The notes under the pieces are model-generated. The model had not been told where the DNA came from, searched no databases, and saw only the letters and a list, made by a program, of their open reading frames with translations. Source: Amoebidium appalachense (Eukaryota > Protista > Ichthyosporea). From it: DNA of 64,000 nucleotides. Numbering within the stretch: the first letter of the stretch is position 1; each line of letters begins with the position of its first letter. Where the stretch lies: the NCBI GenBank assembly GCA_963693365.1, contig CAVNZM010000016.1, positions 522,595 to 586,594 of the forward strand, written 5' to 3'. Positions 33,866-45,613 of the stretch are shown in pieces. Both the position numbers and the translations under genes were made by a program.

Positions 33866-34503
33866 CACGCCGCCCCCTCCCCCCAAAACACACCTTGGCA
33901 CCAAGCGAACACTCTATGCCTCGGGTGTTTCAACGAACACACAAACGAACGTGATTCGAAACCGTATCATGTCCCACACCTTAGCACAAGCAGGAGTGTT
34001 GTGTACACGCAATGGCACCACCCAAGCGAGCCTAAACACATGACAACAACAGGTTTTATGTTCCCAGCATTCAGTGTGAGCACTGACATTTCATCAAGCA
34101 CTTAGCAAGTATGGCTGCCTGGTGTCGTGGGGGGGAGGACGGGTGGGTGGATGAGAGAGTGTGTCTTTGAAGGACGGAGGGAGCAAGGGAGAAAGGAGGA
34201 TGCCCTGGGGGGGGGGGGGGGGGATGTTGTCAACTTGTGGTTGATATCATGAGACGTGTATTTTGTGTGTTTATAGCTGTGCTCATTCGGTATGTTCTGT
34301 GAAGCTTTTTTGCAAATGCAAACTAGATGTGCTTCTACGTGTGTAAAATCAAGCATTTTGGTGTGCATTTAGGCGGTTGTAAGTGTAATTAGGTGAACCT
34401 TGCTGTGTTCATCGCGTGGGTTAATCCAGGGAGAACATGGACTTACCGTGACACTGTCAGGCAAGGAGCCTAGGGGCCAGGCAGTTTCAGAGGCCTTCAT
34501 CAT
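30822..34503 (-). CDS. Hypothetical protein: Pro/Ser-rich N-terminus, possible PH-like domain, acidic coiled-coil C-terminus; one apparent frameshift
   Basis: An acceptor at 32002-32003 opens a stop-free frame from 32001 to 31198 (KAEEAPESSP...QLQLTTSEGSILMQFEGYKVRDDLVRHLQRLR...). This overlaps a second frame, 31370-30822 (EQDLRAQIEELAETLE...), with the switch near the C4 run at about 31281. A putative first exon at 34503-34447 (MMKASETAWPLGSLPDSVT|GTAAGT) joins in phase 0 but is less certain. Confidence 0.5.
32229..32925 (+). mobile_element. Head-to-tail array of four poly-G-anchored repeat units of different subfamilies
   Basis: Units at 32229-32409, 32438-32540, 32612-32760 and 32788-32925. 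Each follows a G-run and contains a variant of ATAAGCAGAGCCCATCCTCA. Confidence 0.7.
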
Positions 34504-34946
34504 GTTGAATGTGTGTATGTTGCTCGTGCAAACAAACTTGGAAAATTTGTCAACGAATGAGTAGAATGTAAGGTTTGGGAGTAATATGTTACGGAAAGTC
34601 GAGAAGTACGAAAGTTAAGAAGTACTCAGATAGTACTCAGAATTATCAAAACAGAACGGTTTTATTGCTTCAGAGCCAGAATTATTCAAGCTTGCTGGAT
34701 AGCATAGTTCGGCATTCACTACAAAGGCATCTAAAACTCTGCCCAGTGATCACCACTTAGTCTCTTTGCTCACACCAGCAACTAAGAAACGCACTACTTC
34801 AAGTTAGAATCGGCTATTTTCTTCACACCTTTACCTCGTTCCCCTGTGCCAATACACCCTTCCTCTTCTGTCTTTCCCTCTCTTCGCTTCCCCCACTGCC
34901 CCGCTCTCTCCCTCTCGTCCGCTCTTTTCCTCCTTTGTCTCTCTCT

Positions 34947-35023
<77 letters not shown>

Positions 35024-35980
35024 CACATCTATTGTTTGGTGTGTGTGTTTGTCTCTCCGTTTCCCTCACTCTCTCACCCTCTTTCTCTCTCTCTATTTTT
35101 TTGTATGTATCTCTCTCTTTCCCTCTCTCTATCTCTCTCTTTGTGTGTATGTACCTCTCTCCAGCTCTCTCCCTCTCGATCCCTCTCTCTGTGTTGCTCT
35201 CAGACCCTCGTCTTTTTCTCTCAGTTCAAGAAACGAAAAACAAAAAATCTCAGCCTGAGTCCTAAAAAATGCGTCGTCGTGTGCCTAAATCGTTTTTGAT
35301 TGGGCTCAAAGGCTCTTGCATAGTCCAATCACCTCCGAGTTTTCCGCATGCAGTGTGTGCAGTGCTGTGCAGGGTTCACGGTGGGGCTCGGCCGCCTCAG
35401 GCGTTTTTAGCCGTATTTTGGAAAATCCGGGGATTTTGAGCCCCCCTCACCGTAGTATTTACTAATTGAGTGCCTCTTTTAAACCGTATTGGGGGGTAAA
35501 TACGACGATTCTGAATCGTAATACAAACCCTGGCGCTGTGCGCTCCTGCTCGGCGACTCCGGCCGAACTAGGCCCAGGCCCGCGCGAGACTGGCAGAGTA
35601 GCTAGAAGGCTTGGAGAAACTTGAGCTGAGCTATGAGTTTTTTTCGGTGCACCAGTTTCTTTCTTTGCTGATCAGATTTTTTTTGAAATTTTTCTTTGTG
35701 CATACGTGTCGCTGCGGAAAGGACTGATGACGTGCCCTTTCTACCCGTAAGCCAGATTCGATGTCGATTCACCCGTATACTCCTGCCAGAAAAGGGGGCC
35801 AAGTCAATCTTCAAGTTGAGGGCTTGTGGGTGCACGCACGTGTGGTGCCACGTCTCGAACCGTTAGGGACATTTTCCAAAAGCGTCGTCGCAAAAACATC
35901 TCCCATCGGTATAGTGGCATGAAAAAAAGGTATTTGTGGTTCCACGCGGTCAGAAAAAAGGGCGCAGCCTCCTTGGATAA

Positions 35981-36244
35981 ATGGATGAAGAGACGTTCAG
36001 AAAGACTCTGCATGCCGAGGGATACACACAGTTTGTTTTGGTGGAAAGAGAGAAGGGTGGTCTTGATCTTCACACACATCCTTTTGAAGCAAAAGCGCTC
36101 ATTCTCTCTGGCGATATAACAATATATGTGGATGGCGAAAGCACGATATATAACCCTGGAGATGTGTTCTATCTGCCTCCCAGCAAGCTTCATTCTGAGG
36201 ATTATGGTGAGAATGGTGTGAGATATTTGGTGGGGAGAAAGTAG
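35981..36244 (+). CDS. Small intronless cupin-barrel protein (87 aa), bacterial-like
   Basis: MDEETFRKTLHAEGY...LDLHTHPFEAKALILSGDITIYVDGESTIYNPGDVFYLPPSKLHSEDYGENGVRYLVGRK contains cupin motif 1 (HxHxxE...G) and motif 2 (GD..Y.P....H). The ORF is complete, from ATG to TAG. Confidence 0.85.
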   Translation: MDEETFRKTLHAEGYTQFVLVEREKGGLDLHTHPFEAKALILSGDITIYVDGESTIYNPGDVFYLPPSKLHSEDYGENGVRYLVGRK

Positions 36245-37183
36245 AGAAGGGCCATGAAAGTTGTCGTACATGTTCCAAGCCATAGCAGAACTGGAGGTGA
36301 GATATAGTGGTGCGCACCGTTGCATAATGTGTGTGTGGCGTGCCTTTACAATGCATGTGCTTTGTGTTTTTTAAACACTTTTTCCTCCCTTTTCCTGTTA
36401 CTTCGTTGGTTGTCCGACGTAGGCAGTGCGCCAGGCAGTAAGAAGCGAGACAAAAAATGCAACCACCCGTATGTACCGAAATTTACAGCACCTATTGCCC
36501 TATGCATGTGCGTGCACAGTGTTCACACGCACAACAGGTGCACCCATGTGCACACGTGGCCGCCCAGTGATACACGAAAGGAGGATCTGGATCTGGTGAC
36601 TCCCCGGAAAAGCCGTGGAGCAGCTTGTGTTTGAGCGTGTGTTTCTGCGTGTTTGCGTGGGTGTGCCCGTGTGTGTGTGTGTGTGCATGTGTATATGTGA
36701 GTTGTACGTGTGTGTGTGTGTGTGTGTGTGCGTGTGTGTGTGTGCGTGTGCGTGCGCGCGTGCGTGCCTACGTGTATGGATACGTGTACCTGTGTACTTG
36801 CGTGTATGCGTGCGTGTGTGCGTGCATGCGTGGACACCTGTGGGTGTACGGAACGTATTGAACTCGTACAGTATTGAAAGACTCTGGAAAAGAATAAGAC
36901 ACGTGTACATGCATGAACATGAGGGGTGGTGATCCCCTTGATTTCTAAAAATACATCAGTAACGGCATTGTGCCGTGCCGAAGACCTATCAGTGCTATTT
37001 CAAAATGTGTCCGTAATTATCGTTTGCTGCATGATAATGATAGCAATACGGTGTCATATCCTCCCTCCCCTCCCCCCCCCCCCCCCTCCCCCCCCCCCCC
37101 CCCCCCCCCCCGGGGCTCCGGATCCCCCTCCCCCAGCTGCAGGCACCGCACACACACGCACGCACAGATACAAACAAAAAAAA

Positions 37184-37388
<205 letters not shown>

Positions 37389-38257
37389 TACACGTGTACA
37401 CGTGTACACCGTGCTGCAGCTAAGCAAGGGCCCACACCTTCCCAAACCGAGAGTAGTACTAGAACTTGTGCAAACCTTTCCACTTAGGCCTTGCGTACTA
37501 CTGAAGGTGATTTGCTTTACAAGGAGACTTCTGAACTTACATACTATGCGCCCGTGCACATGACATTGTTTCGATCACAGCCCGTCTGCTAACTTAAAGG
37601 GACTCTTGATTTGAAAGGGGGGAGGGGGCTGGAGGGAGGGAGGGGGGAGGGGGGAGAGGAGGGTAAAAATTGAAGTCCTCTGGAGCCTACACCTCCCCCT
37701 TCCCGGTTCTCCCCCCCCCTCCCCCCCCCCCCTCCCCCTCCCCCCCCCCCCCCTGAGGCTCCCCCCAGGCATGCGCGTGTTGGCCAAGCACTGATGAGCT
37801 TCGAAAGTTTCCACCCGTGACCAAAGGCTGTATTCGTTACGATCGACTATCACGTGCTTAGTAATAATGCTATTAATTAATATTCAGTTCGGGGGGCCAC
37901 CTGATATCGTGCAAGTGCTCATTCTGCAATGTACTCCTGTCATGCGGCATGCACGTGTCTGTGTGGCAAGGAATGTATGCATATGTTTGGTGTGGGTGAG
38001 TGAATGTGCGCATGGATGTTCATGTAGAAGATGTAGGGTGCTCATTGATGAAAAATTTCTGCACCTCGTGTGCGTGTGTGGTACATGTGTGGGCAGGTAC
38101 ATTACAATTACTTGTTAGTAAGTTACACACGTGTGAAAGAGTGTGATTGCACGTGTGTGCGCGCGGTGGGGAGACTGGATCACGAGTCCCGCCCATACCC
38201 TCGAAAGGAGGAAAGGAGGGGGAAGGGGAGAGAGGGGGGAGGGGGGAAGGGGGGGGG

Positions 38258-40288
38258 TGTTGGAGTGCAGACTTACGCTCACTCCACAATATGTGTATGT
38301 TAGCTTTACAATTGGTTCCGTGTACACAGACACACGCTGACACTCGATCACCACATGCACATCTGCATAGTTGAGGAATGTTGCCAATTGTGTTTTGACT
38401 GCAAACGATTGGTTCACTGGTCCCAGAGATCTCTAAATGAAAGTAACCAATCCGATTAGCACCTGGCATCCGGATTACATTCCAGACTGCTGCCCCACGG
38501 GTATATAAGCCACGTCTCTGCCAGGTGCAGACATGGAGTTCAGACATGGAGTTCAGTCATGGAGTGCAGACATGGAGTTCAGTCATGGAGTTCAGTCATG
38601 GAGTTCAGTCATGGAGTTCAGTCATGGAGTTCAGTCATGGAGTTAACACACTGAAAGCAGTAAAAAACGGGTCAGCGCCCAAGCGCGCCACGACGACCCT
38701 AGTCACAGCGGACTCTACTTCCAACAGGGTTATGGGCCCAGACACGACACCGCGGCCTCTAACTTCATTAGAGACTTTCGCTTCCACAAACTCCATCCGC
38801 AGCAGCCTGCGACATCAACGTCAAGTATTCCACTTCATTGGCGGGGCACGCACCACAGTGGAATGCACACCCCGGTCTACCCTGCAAGCAGCCACACTCA
38901 CTCTCTCTTCTCTAGTGGTGTGTACACTTCTCCAATTGGGTAGGGGTGTTGGAGTGCAGACTTACGCTCACTCCACAATATGTGTATGTTAGCTTTACAA
39001 TTGGTTCCGTGTACACAGACACACGCTGACACTCGATCACCACATGCACATCTGCATAGTTGAGGAATGTTGCCAATTGTGTTTTGACTGCAAACGATTG
39101 GTTCACTGGTCCCAGAGATCTCTAAATGAAAGTAACCAATCCGATTAGCACCTGGCATCCGGATTACATTCCAGACTGCTGCCCCACGGGTATATAAGCC
39201 ACGTCTCTGCCAGGTGCAGTCATGGAGTTCAGTCATGGAGTTCAGTCATGGAGTTCAGTCATGGAGTTCAGTCATGGAGTTCAGTCATGGAGTTCAGTCA
39301 TGGAGTTCAGTCATGGAGTTAACACACTGAAAGCAGTAAAAAACGGGTCAGCGCCCAAGCGCGCCACGACGACCCTAGTCACAGCGGACTCTACTTCCAA
39401 CAGGGTTATGGAGTTCAGTCAGACATGGAGTTAACACACTGAAAGCAGTAAAAAAACGGGTCAGCGCCCAAGCGCGCCACGACGACCCTAGTCACAGCGG
39501 ACTCTACTTCCAACAGGGTTATGGGCCCAGACACGACACCGCGGCCTCTAACTTCACGTCCCCTACGACGCCTTGAACGGAGGAGCCAGAAACCGACTTC
39601 TAGGCTGTACCCTACACCCGCGAGCGTATTTCCGTGAAGTAGAGACTTTCGCTTCCACAAACTCCATCCGCAGCAGCCTGCGACATCAACGTCAAGTATT
39701 CCACTTCATTGGCGGGGCACGCACCACAGTGGAATGCACACCCCGGTCTACCCTGCAAGCAGCCACACTCACTCTCTCTTCTCTACAGTGGTGTGTACAC
39801 TTCTCCAATTGGGTAGGGGTGTTGGAGTGCAGACTTACGCTCACTCCACAATATGTGTATGTTAGCTTTACAATTGGTTCCGTGTACACAGACACACGCT
39901 GACACTCGATCACCACATGCACATCTGCATAGTTGAGGAATGTTGCCAATTGTGTTTTGACTGCAAACGATTGGTTCACTGGTCCCAGAGATCTCTAAAT
40001 GAAAGTAACCAATCCGATTAGCACCTGGCATCCGGATTACATTCCAGACTGCTGCCCCACGGGTATATAAGCCACGTCTCTGCCAGGTGCAGACATGGAG
40101 TTCAGACATGGAGTTCAGTCATGGAGTGCAGACATGGAGTTCAGTCATGGAGTTCAGTCATGGAGTTCAGTCATGGAGTTCAGTCATGGAGTTCAGTCAT
40201 GGAGTTAACACACTGAAAGCAGTAAAAAACGGGTCAGCGCCCAAGCGCGCCACGACGACCCTAGTCACAGCGGACTCTACTTCCAACA
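38258..40288 (+). mobile_element. Non-autonomous miniature copia-type LTR retrotransposon (TRIM) in tandem array: LTR-I-LTR-partial LTR-I-LTR
   Basis: LTRs at 38258-38726, 38947-39402 and 39820-40288, each TGTTGGA...TCCAACA, with TATATAA and a 13-bp CATGGAGTTCAGT array. A partial LTR lies at 39403-39515. Internal regions 38727-38946 and 39516-39819 start with GGGTTATGGGCCCAG (PBS) and end with purine-rich GGGTAGGGG (PPT). There is no gag/pol, and GGGGG flanks both sides. Confidence 0.92.
38727..38741 (+). promoter_or_regulatory. Primer binding site complementary to the anticodon arm of initiator tRNA-Met (half-tRNA priming)
   Basis: GGGTTATGGGCCCAG directly follows the LTR end CAACA and is the reverse complement of CUGGGCCCAUAACCC in eukaryotic tRNAiMet. 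It is repeated at 39516-39530. Confidence 0.88.
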
Positions 40289-40764
40289 GGGGGGGGGGGG
40301 GGGGGGGGGGGGAGAGGGGAGGGGTAAAGGGGCCCGGGAGCTTGAGCATGACCGTACGGTGCAGCTAGATTTAAGATCGATCCCTTGAGTCCTGTAGCTT
40401 CGTATGGCCGTGAAGCTCCAATGTAAACCACTGCCAAATCTAGTGCAATTATACGTCAGGTTATCCGATATAGTCATGACACCAGGACCCTGTGCACGTG
40501 GGGTGCCAATGGGTGGGTGCACGTGGGTGGGTGGGTGAGGGGAGGGAGGGGGAGACTTACCTACTCAGGCGGGGTGGTGCCTGCCCACCCGCCCCCCCAC
40601 CCCCCCCTCTTCCCCCCCCCCCCCCCCCCCCGGCACCTTCCCCTGCAAGTTAATTGAAGCCGGGGTGGGTGGCCCTCCAGGGGGGGGGGGGGGGTTAATA
40701 CCGGACCCACTTGGTCAAAGGGGTGGGAGGGGGGAGGGGGATCCTCGAGGGGAGGGGGAGGGGA

Positions 40765-40804
<40 letters not shown>

Positions 40805-41597
40805 ACAAAAAAGTTACTATTCTACCCTTTCGGCCCCGGCCCGTTTCAAATAAAGAACTCGTAGTGAGCATGCCTGTGAATGGGTGGTACCATAGCCCAG
40901 TGTGAACCGCTGGTGATGCCCCCCCCCCCTCCCCCCCCCCCCCCCTCCCCGCCCTCCTCCCCCCCCCTCCCCGCCCTCCTCCCCCCCCCCCCCCCAACCC
41001 CCTTCCTGGGTGGTCGTCTACTGTTACAAAAAGCCCCCGTTTGTATAACACAGTAAACACCATAACTTATGCCACAACACAAATCTGGCAAGCCGCTCGG
41101 CACACTCTTAAAGCTAGTCACAACAAAGTTTCTACTCAGGATCTTATATTAATTAGTTGAACCAATGAGAGCCCGTGTGTTAAATTTTAATGCTAGGTTT
41201 TGAGTCAAGCCTGCCCAAGCCTCCCTACAAGTGAGGTTTGGGCAGAAACCATTTATGGCAAATTCAGGTGTACTATAGCTATATGCTGTAGTTAGGATAA
41301 ATGCCCTCCCTCCCCCCTTCCCCCCCCCCCCCCTCCCCCCTTCCCCCCCCCCCCCCCCCCCCCCATTCCCTCCCTTTCCCACCCACCCACCCCACCCCCC
41401 CAGGGACACAACGGTTTGTGTCGAATAATCATTTCGAAAGAAGAAGAAATCCCTACCATACATATGCCGCCTGGGTCTCCTGATACGGTTACCTCTTTGC
41501 CTAACATGGTAAGTACCGCTTCAAAACTTCCTACTAAAATGATTTCTTTTCCCAATATGGTAACCTCTTTTTCTAATATGGTGCTGGTCACGTGCAG

Positions 41598-41682
41598 GTA
41601 CTGTGGGGGGGACTGCCAGGCTGCCCACTGGAAGGCCGGCCACAAAAACGAATGCGCCAAGCCCACCAATCAGAATGCGTGA
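41598..41682 (+). pseudogene. Second, inverted copy of the MYND-finger terminal exon with its upstream intron end; no upstream exons found
   Basis: CACGTGCAG|G TAC TGT GGG GGG GAC TGC CAG gives YCGGDCQAAHWKAGHKNECAKPTNQNA*. The preceding approx. 100 bp also match the reverse complement of 28645-28745. Confidence 0.55.
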
Positions 41683-41781
41683 AGGGTGGGGCATAATGAC
41701 ATGGATATCATGGCGCGCACGCCCGCGCGCCCACCCGCGCGTGCGTGCGCGTGTGTGTGCATGCGCGCGCGGACGCCGCTT

Positions 41782-41857
<76 letters not shown>

Positions 41858-41904
41858 ACGTGTGTGTGTGTGTGTGTGTGTGTGTGCATGCGCGCGTGGA
41901 CGGC

Positions 41905-41966
<62 letters not shown>

Positions 41967-43521
41967 CAGTGTGCAGGTGTCGTGTTTGTTTTTGTGTGGG
42001 CGCCACAGTGTGAATGCACACGGTCGTCATTGTGTGGGGGGTTGGGTGGGGGTTGTTTGTGGGGTTTTTGGAGGGGGGAGAGAGGGGGGAGGGGGGGGGA
42101 GGGGGGGAAGGGAAGGAGGAGGATGCCTGCAATGTCTGGGAAGTGGATCGCGAAGGGGAAAGGGGGTAAGGGAAGGCCGGGTGGGTGGGCCGTGTTTGCA
42201 TTTTTGGCAGTTCATTTTCGAAGTGGTTTTTTGCTATCTCTAAATTTAAGCCTAGGGAAACAAAAAATTTGGCAGATCGGCAGATTACTGACTGTCGACA
42301 GACCAGCACAATGATATAACGGTTTGTGATGTTGGTTGGTGTTTTCAATGGCAGGTCACTTGAAGAGGGAAGTGGTTGGGTAGATGTGTAATTATTAGAT
42401 GGAGCACTTGTGACGCCCGGAGGAACTATTTGGGGGGGGAGGGGGAGGAGGAGGAGGAGGGGGAGGGGGGGGGGGGTATACAGACATGTGCCGGGTAGAT
42501 TCACGGAGACTCGAAAGTGGGGGAGGGTGTTTGCAGAGAGGGGGGGGGGGGAGGGGGGGGGGGGGGGAGGAGGGGGGAGCTGTTGCGTGAGCAAATGTTT
42601 GCTCATGCAACCAATCCTAATCATCGAATCAACCTCATATCTAGCTATAGCTACAAATTTAGTCTTATCGGCACACGCACACACACGCACGGAGCTCAAG
42701 AGAAGGGGAGAGAGGCTTCCCGTGGGACATAACTTAATTTGCTTCGCCGTATCGCCATGTCGGCATTCGTATGCACTTCAAACTTTTTATAATCTTTAAT
42801 ATTAAATTTTATGAAGTTAACGGTTGGCAACGTTAACTGATACCACCGGTGTACTACGTCGGGCACAAAAAAGTTAAAAGTAAATTAAGAAAACACAAAC
42901 ACACACAAGAGCATTCAATATATGGCCGAACATAAAACCTCCAAGCTAGCGTTAAGACTGGCAATATCTCTTCTACTGAATACAAAAACAAAAAACATTT
43001 TTAAAACACACACTCCAGCATCCAATATATGACCGAGCATAAAATATCCGATCAAGCATGTTATTTTAAAATTTAAACTGCTTTACACCTTTTCCTGAAT
43101 TCTCCATATGCATATGCGTAAGGCTACTTGTCCACCACACATATGTTAATGCTTCTGTAAATATTCAAATAGTTTTCCGTGCACCGTCCTTTCGCAAAAT
43201 GGTGAATGAGATCTAGAATATGTTCCATATAAATTGTAATGTGGAACACATTAGTTAGCGATATGGATTCACTATGAATACACAATAACCTTCCCGATAA
43301 ACAACATCCAAAGAAAGTGAGATTTATTATACACTATAATCATCATGAAAATCCTTACATTCATAAAATAGATACCACAACAAGCCGATTTGGGCCTTTT
43401 CGGAAAAGGCCAATCGCTGAGCAGTGTTTTCAAAATTATTTAATATCGCTGTAATATAACTGGCTAAATATCACACAACACGCCGACCGCAAAGGTTGAT
43501 CGGTGCTCCCTGACCCCCTCA

Positions 43522-45558
43522 TCACTCAGAGATTTCACCCAGCATCATCCCACCAACCCTTGACCGAACAGACCACACTTTCAACTTTCCATCATCGCCT
43601 AAAGCCGCAATATTTCCTCCCGCCTGGTCATACCTCACATTGCAAGTATCTGCCCACCAATCCATGTCACCCAACCGCAGCGTCACACACTCCGCCACTT
43701 TCACGCGAATTTCTTCGTTTTCTTTGGCCGAAAACACCAACCGAAACATCTGAAACCCAGACTCGGTGTAGCTTCCCACCACATTACCATCCAACCACAC
43801 AAGAAGGTCGCTCATCAGTTTGATCCAGTGGACGTCCTCGAAAAAGGGAGGGTCAAGAACCGAGTCAAGACAACAGGGGGCCAGTCTTTGGTTTCCTGAG
43901 AGACCACACACCCATCCATGTGTTCTCCGTCACAGGGGAAGCGGAAACCTTTGTCCATAACCCTCGTATCATCCCGTCACTCACACACGCTCTGAAATGC
44001 GTCTTTTTCTCAGCACCAGCACCTACACCCTTGCACTCGGTAACTTTCCCAGTTGCCGCGCCAACAACACACAACATCGTGTCGTAAAGAAGAAACGTGC
44101 CGGGAACTTCGGTCTGGACGAGAGACACACGCTCTTGTGGTTTTGGGATTTTCACCAACCACAGTTGCTTGCCCGATAGCACATCATGAGCACTGATACA
44201 ATAAGAATCACTCGGCGGCTCCATGTCTCTGGACCACAATGCAACAAGAACCGGGCCACCCACAACAAGAAAACGTGTAAGAACCGAAAACATATTGACT
44301 GTGGCATTTTGGAGCTTGAACCTCCTCAAAAGTGACCCATCCGCGCCTTGGAAGAGCACAACCCCGCGGTTACTCGAAGAGCCATTTTTTCCGAACATTG
44401 CCGCCACATAATCTCCGCTCAACATCCACCTGCTCAGCTCCTCATATTTCTTAAGTTGGCGCTTAAAACTCGCAATCTTCCCGCCCGTTAACACATCCCA
44501 CAACTCCAGCTTTTCGGCGTTCCGTTTCCAAGACTGCGTAAGCACAAAGGAGGGAGAGACAGAAACACGAAGCTTCGGGTCGTTCTTTGGGGCACCTGAA
44601 AGAACCACGCACTTCAAGTCACGGCGCATATCGCCAATCACATCGGGAACCTTCTTCAACTGCGCAGGCACGGGCAGTGCGAAATAGTCAAACTCTGTTC
44701 GGATCCCCTCGACTAATTCATCATCAAAAGGGAGGAAATTTAAAGGGTTCTTCCCACTGTTCAAAGATACTCGAGAACGTAATAAAACAACACAGGGGAG
44801 CGATCGATGAATACGGAGTCGTCCGGGCGTAATTGGATGGGGCGGCCGCTGAACCATGCTTCAAGCATGGAGCCAGGCACAGAAGTTAGGGTCTGTCTTG
44901 TGGTGGCAAAGTGGCGGCCCCCCACGTCAAGAACAATGCGGTCTTCTCCCTGTGCCTCGAGTACACGCACACACTCGCACTCTGCTTGAAATCGCTGCCT
45001 GTGGGGTAAATAAAAATAAAAATTGAACATGTAAATATTTGAAGTGCACATGACACATACAAGGGCTGAACCATAACGAGAACAAGAAGGAAAAAGGGGA
45101 GGGGGCAGCAAGATACAAAGGCTGAACCATAACGAAAACAAGAAGGAAAAAAGGGAGGGGGCAAAAGAAAGAAAGAAAAAAAAAAGGATAATAACAAACC
45201 TGACGCCAGCACTACGATCTAATGTGAGCAGTTGGGAAACCCCATAAATTAGAATCACACTCTACTAGTAGGTTATCCACGAACTAAAGCTGTAAGTATT
45301 ATAGGGCACACACTAACCCAGTCCACACACAATACCAAACCACACAACCACACACCTTTAAGACAACGACAGACATGGACACACATCTTCCCCACACAGC
45401 CTTAAGACGTGCACTTTTGTGCACCAGGCTCCGTTTCGACATCATTAACCACCACCATAACCAATAAACCTCCACCCTCCACTTTCTTTTTCCAACCTAT
45501 CGACACGGTTTCCCACCATTTACTATCTTTTCTTCTCTTTAATGCATCCCGATCTCGT

Positions 45559-45613
<55 letters not shown>

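Noticed and set aside
34436-34560. ACTTACC motif as the 5' end of U1 snRNA
   Set aside because: It lacks ATACTTACCTG, the U1 stem-loops and a proper Sm site. It is better explained as a minus-strand GTAAGT donor.
35260-35980. Microsatellite-free stretch upstream of the cupin as a DNA transposon carrying it
   Set aside because: No terminal inverted repeats, target-site duplication or transposase remnant could be identified by eye.
38530-38645. 13-bp CATGGAGTTCAGT array (also the 29-bp array at 50240-50537 and the 46-kb array) as a CRISPR array
   Set aside because: The repeats are contiguous with no unique spacers, there are no cas genes and the context is eukaryotic. The 13-bp array is an internal part of each LTR.
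38020-40368. Repeated ORFs within the LTR array as gag/pol
   Set aside because: No zinc knuckle, protease, integrase, RT or RNase H motifs. The internal regions are only 220-304 bp.
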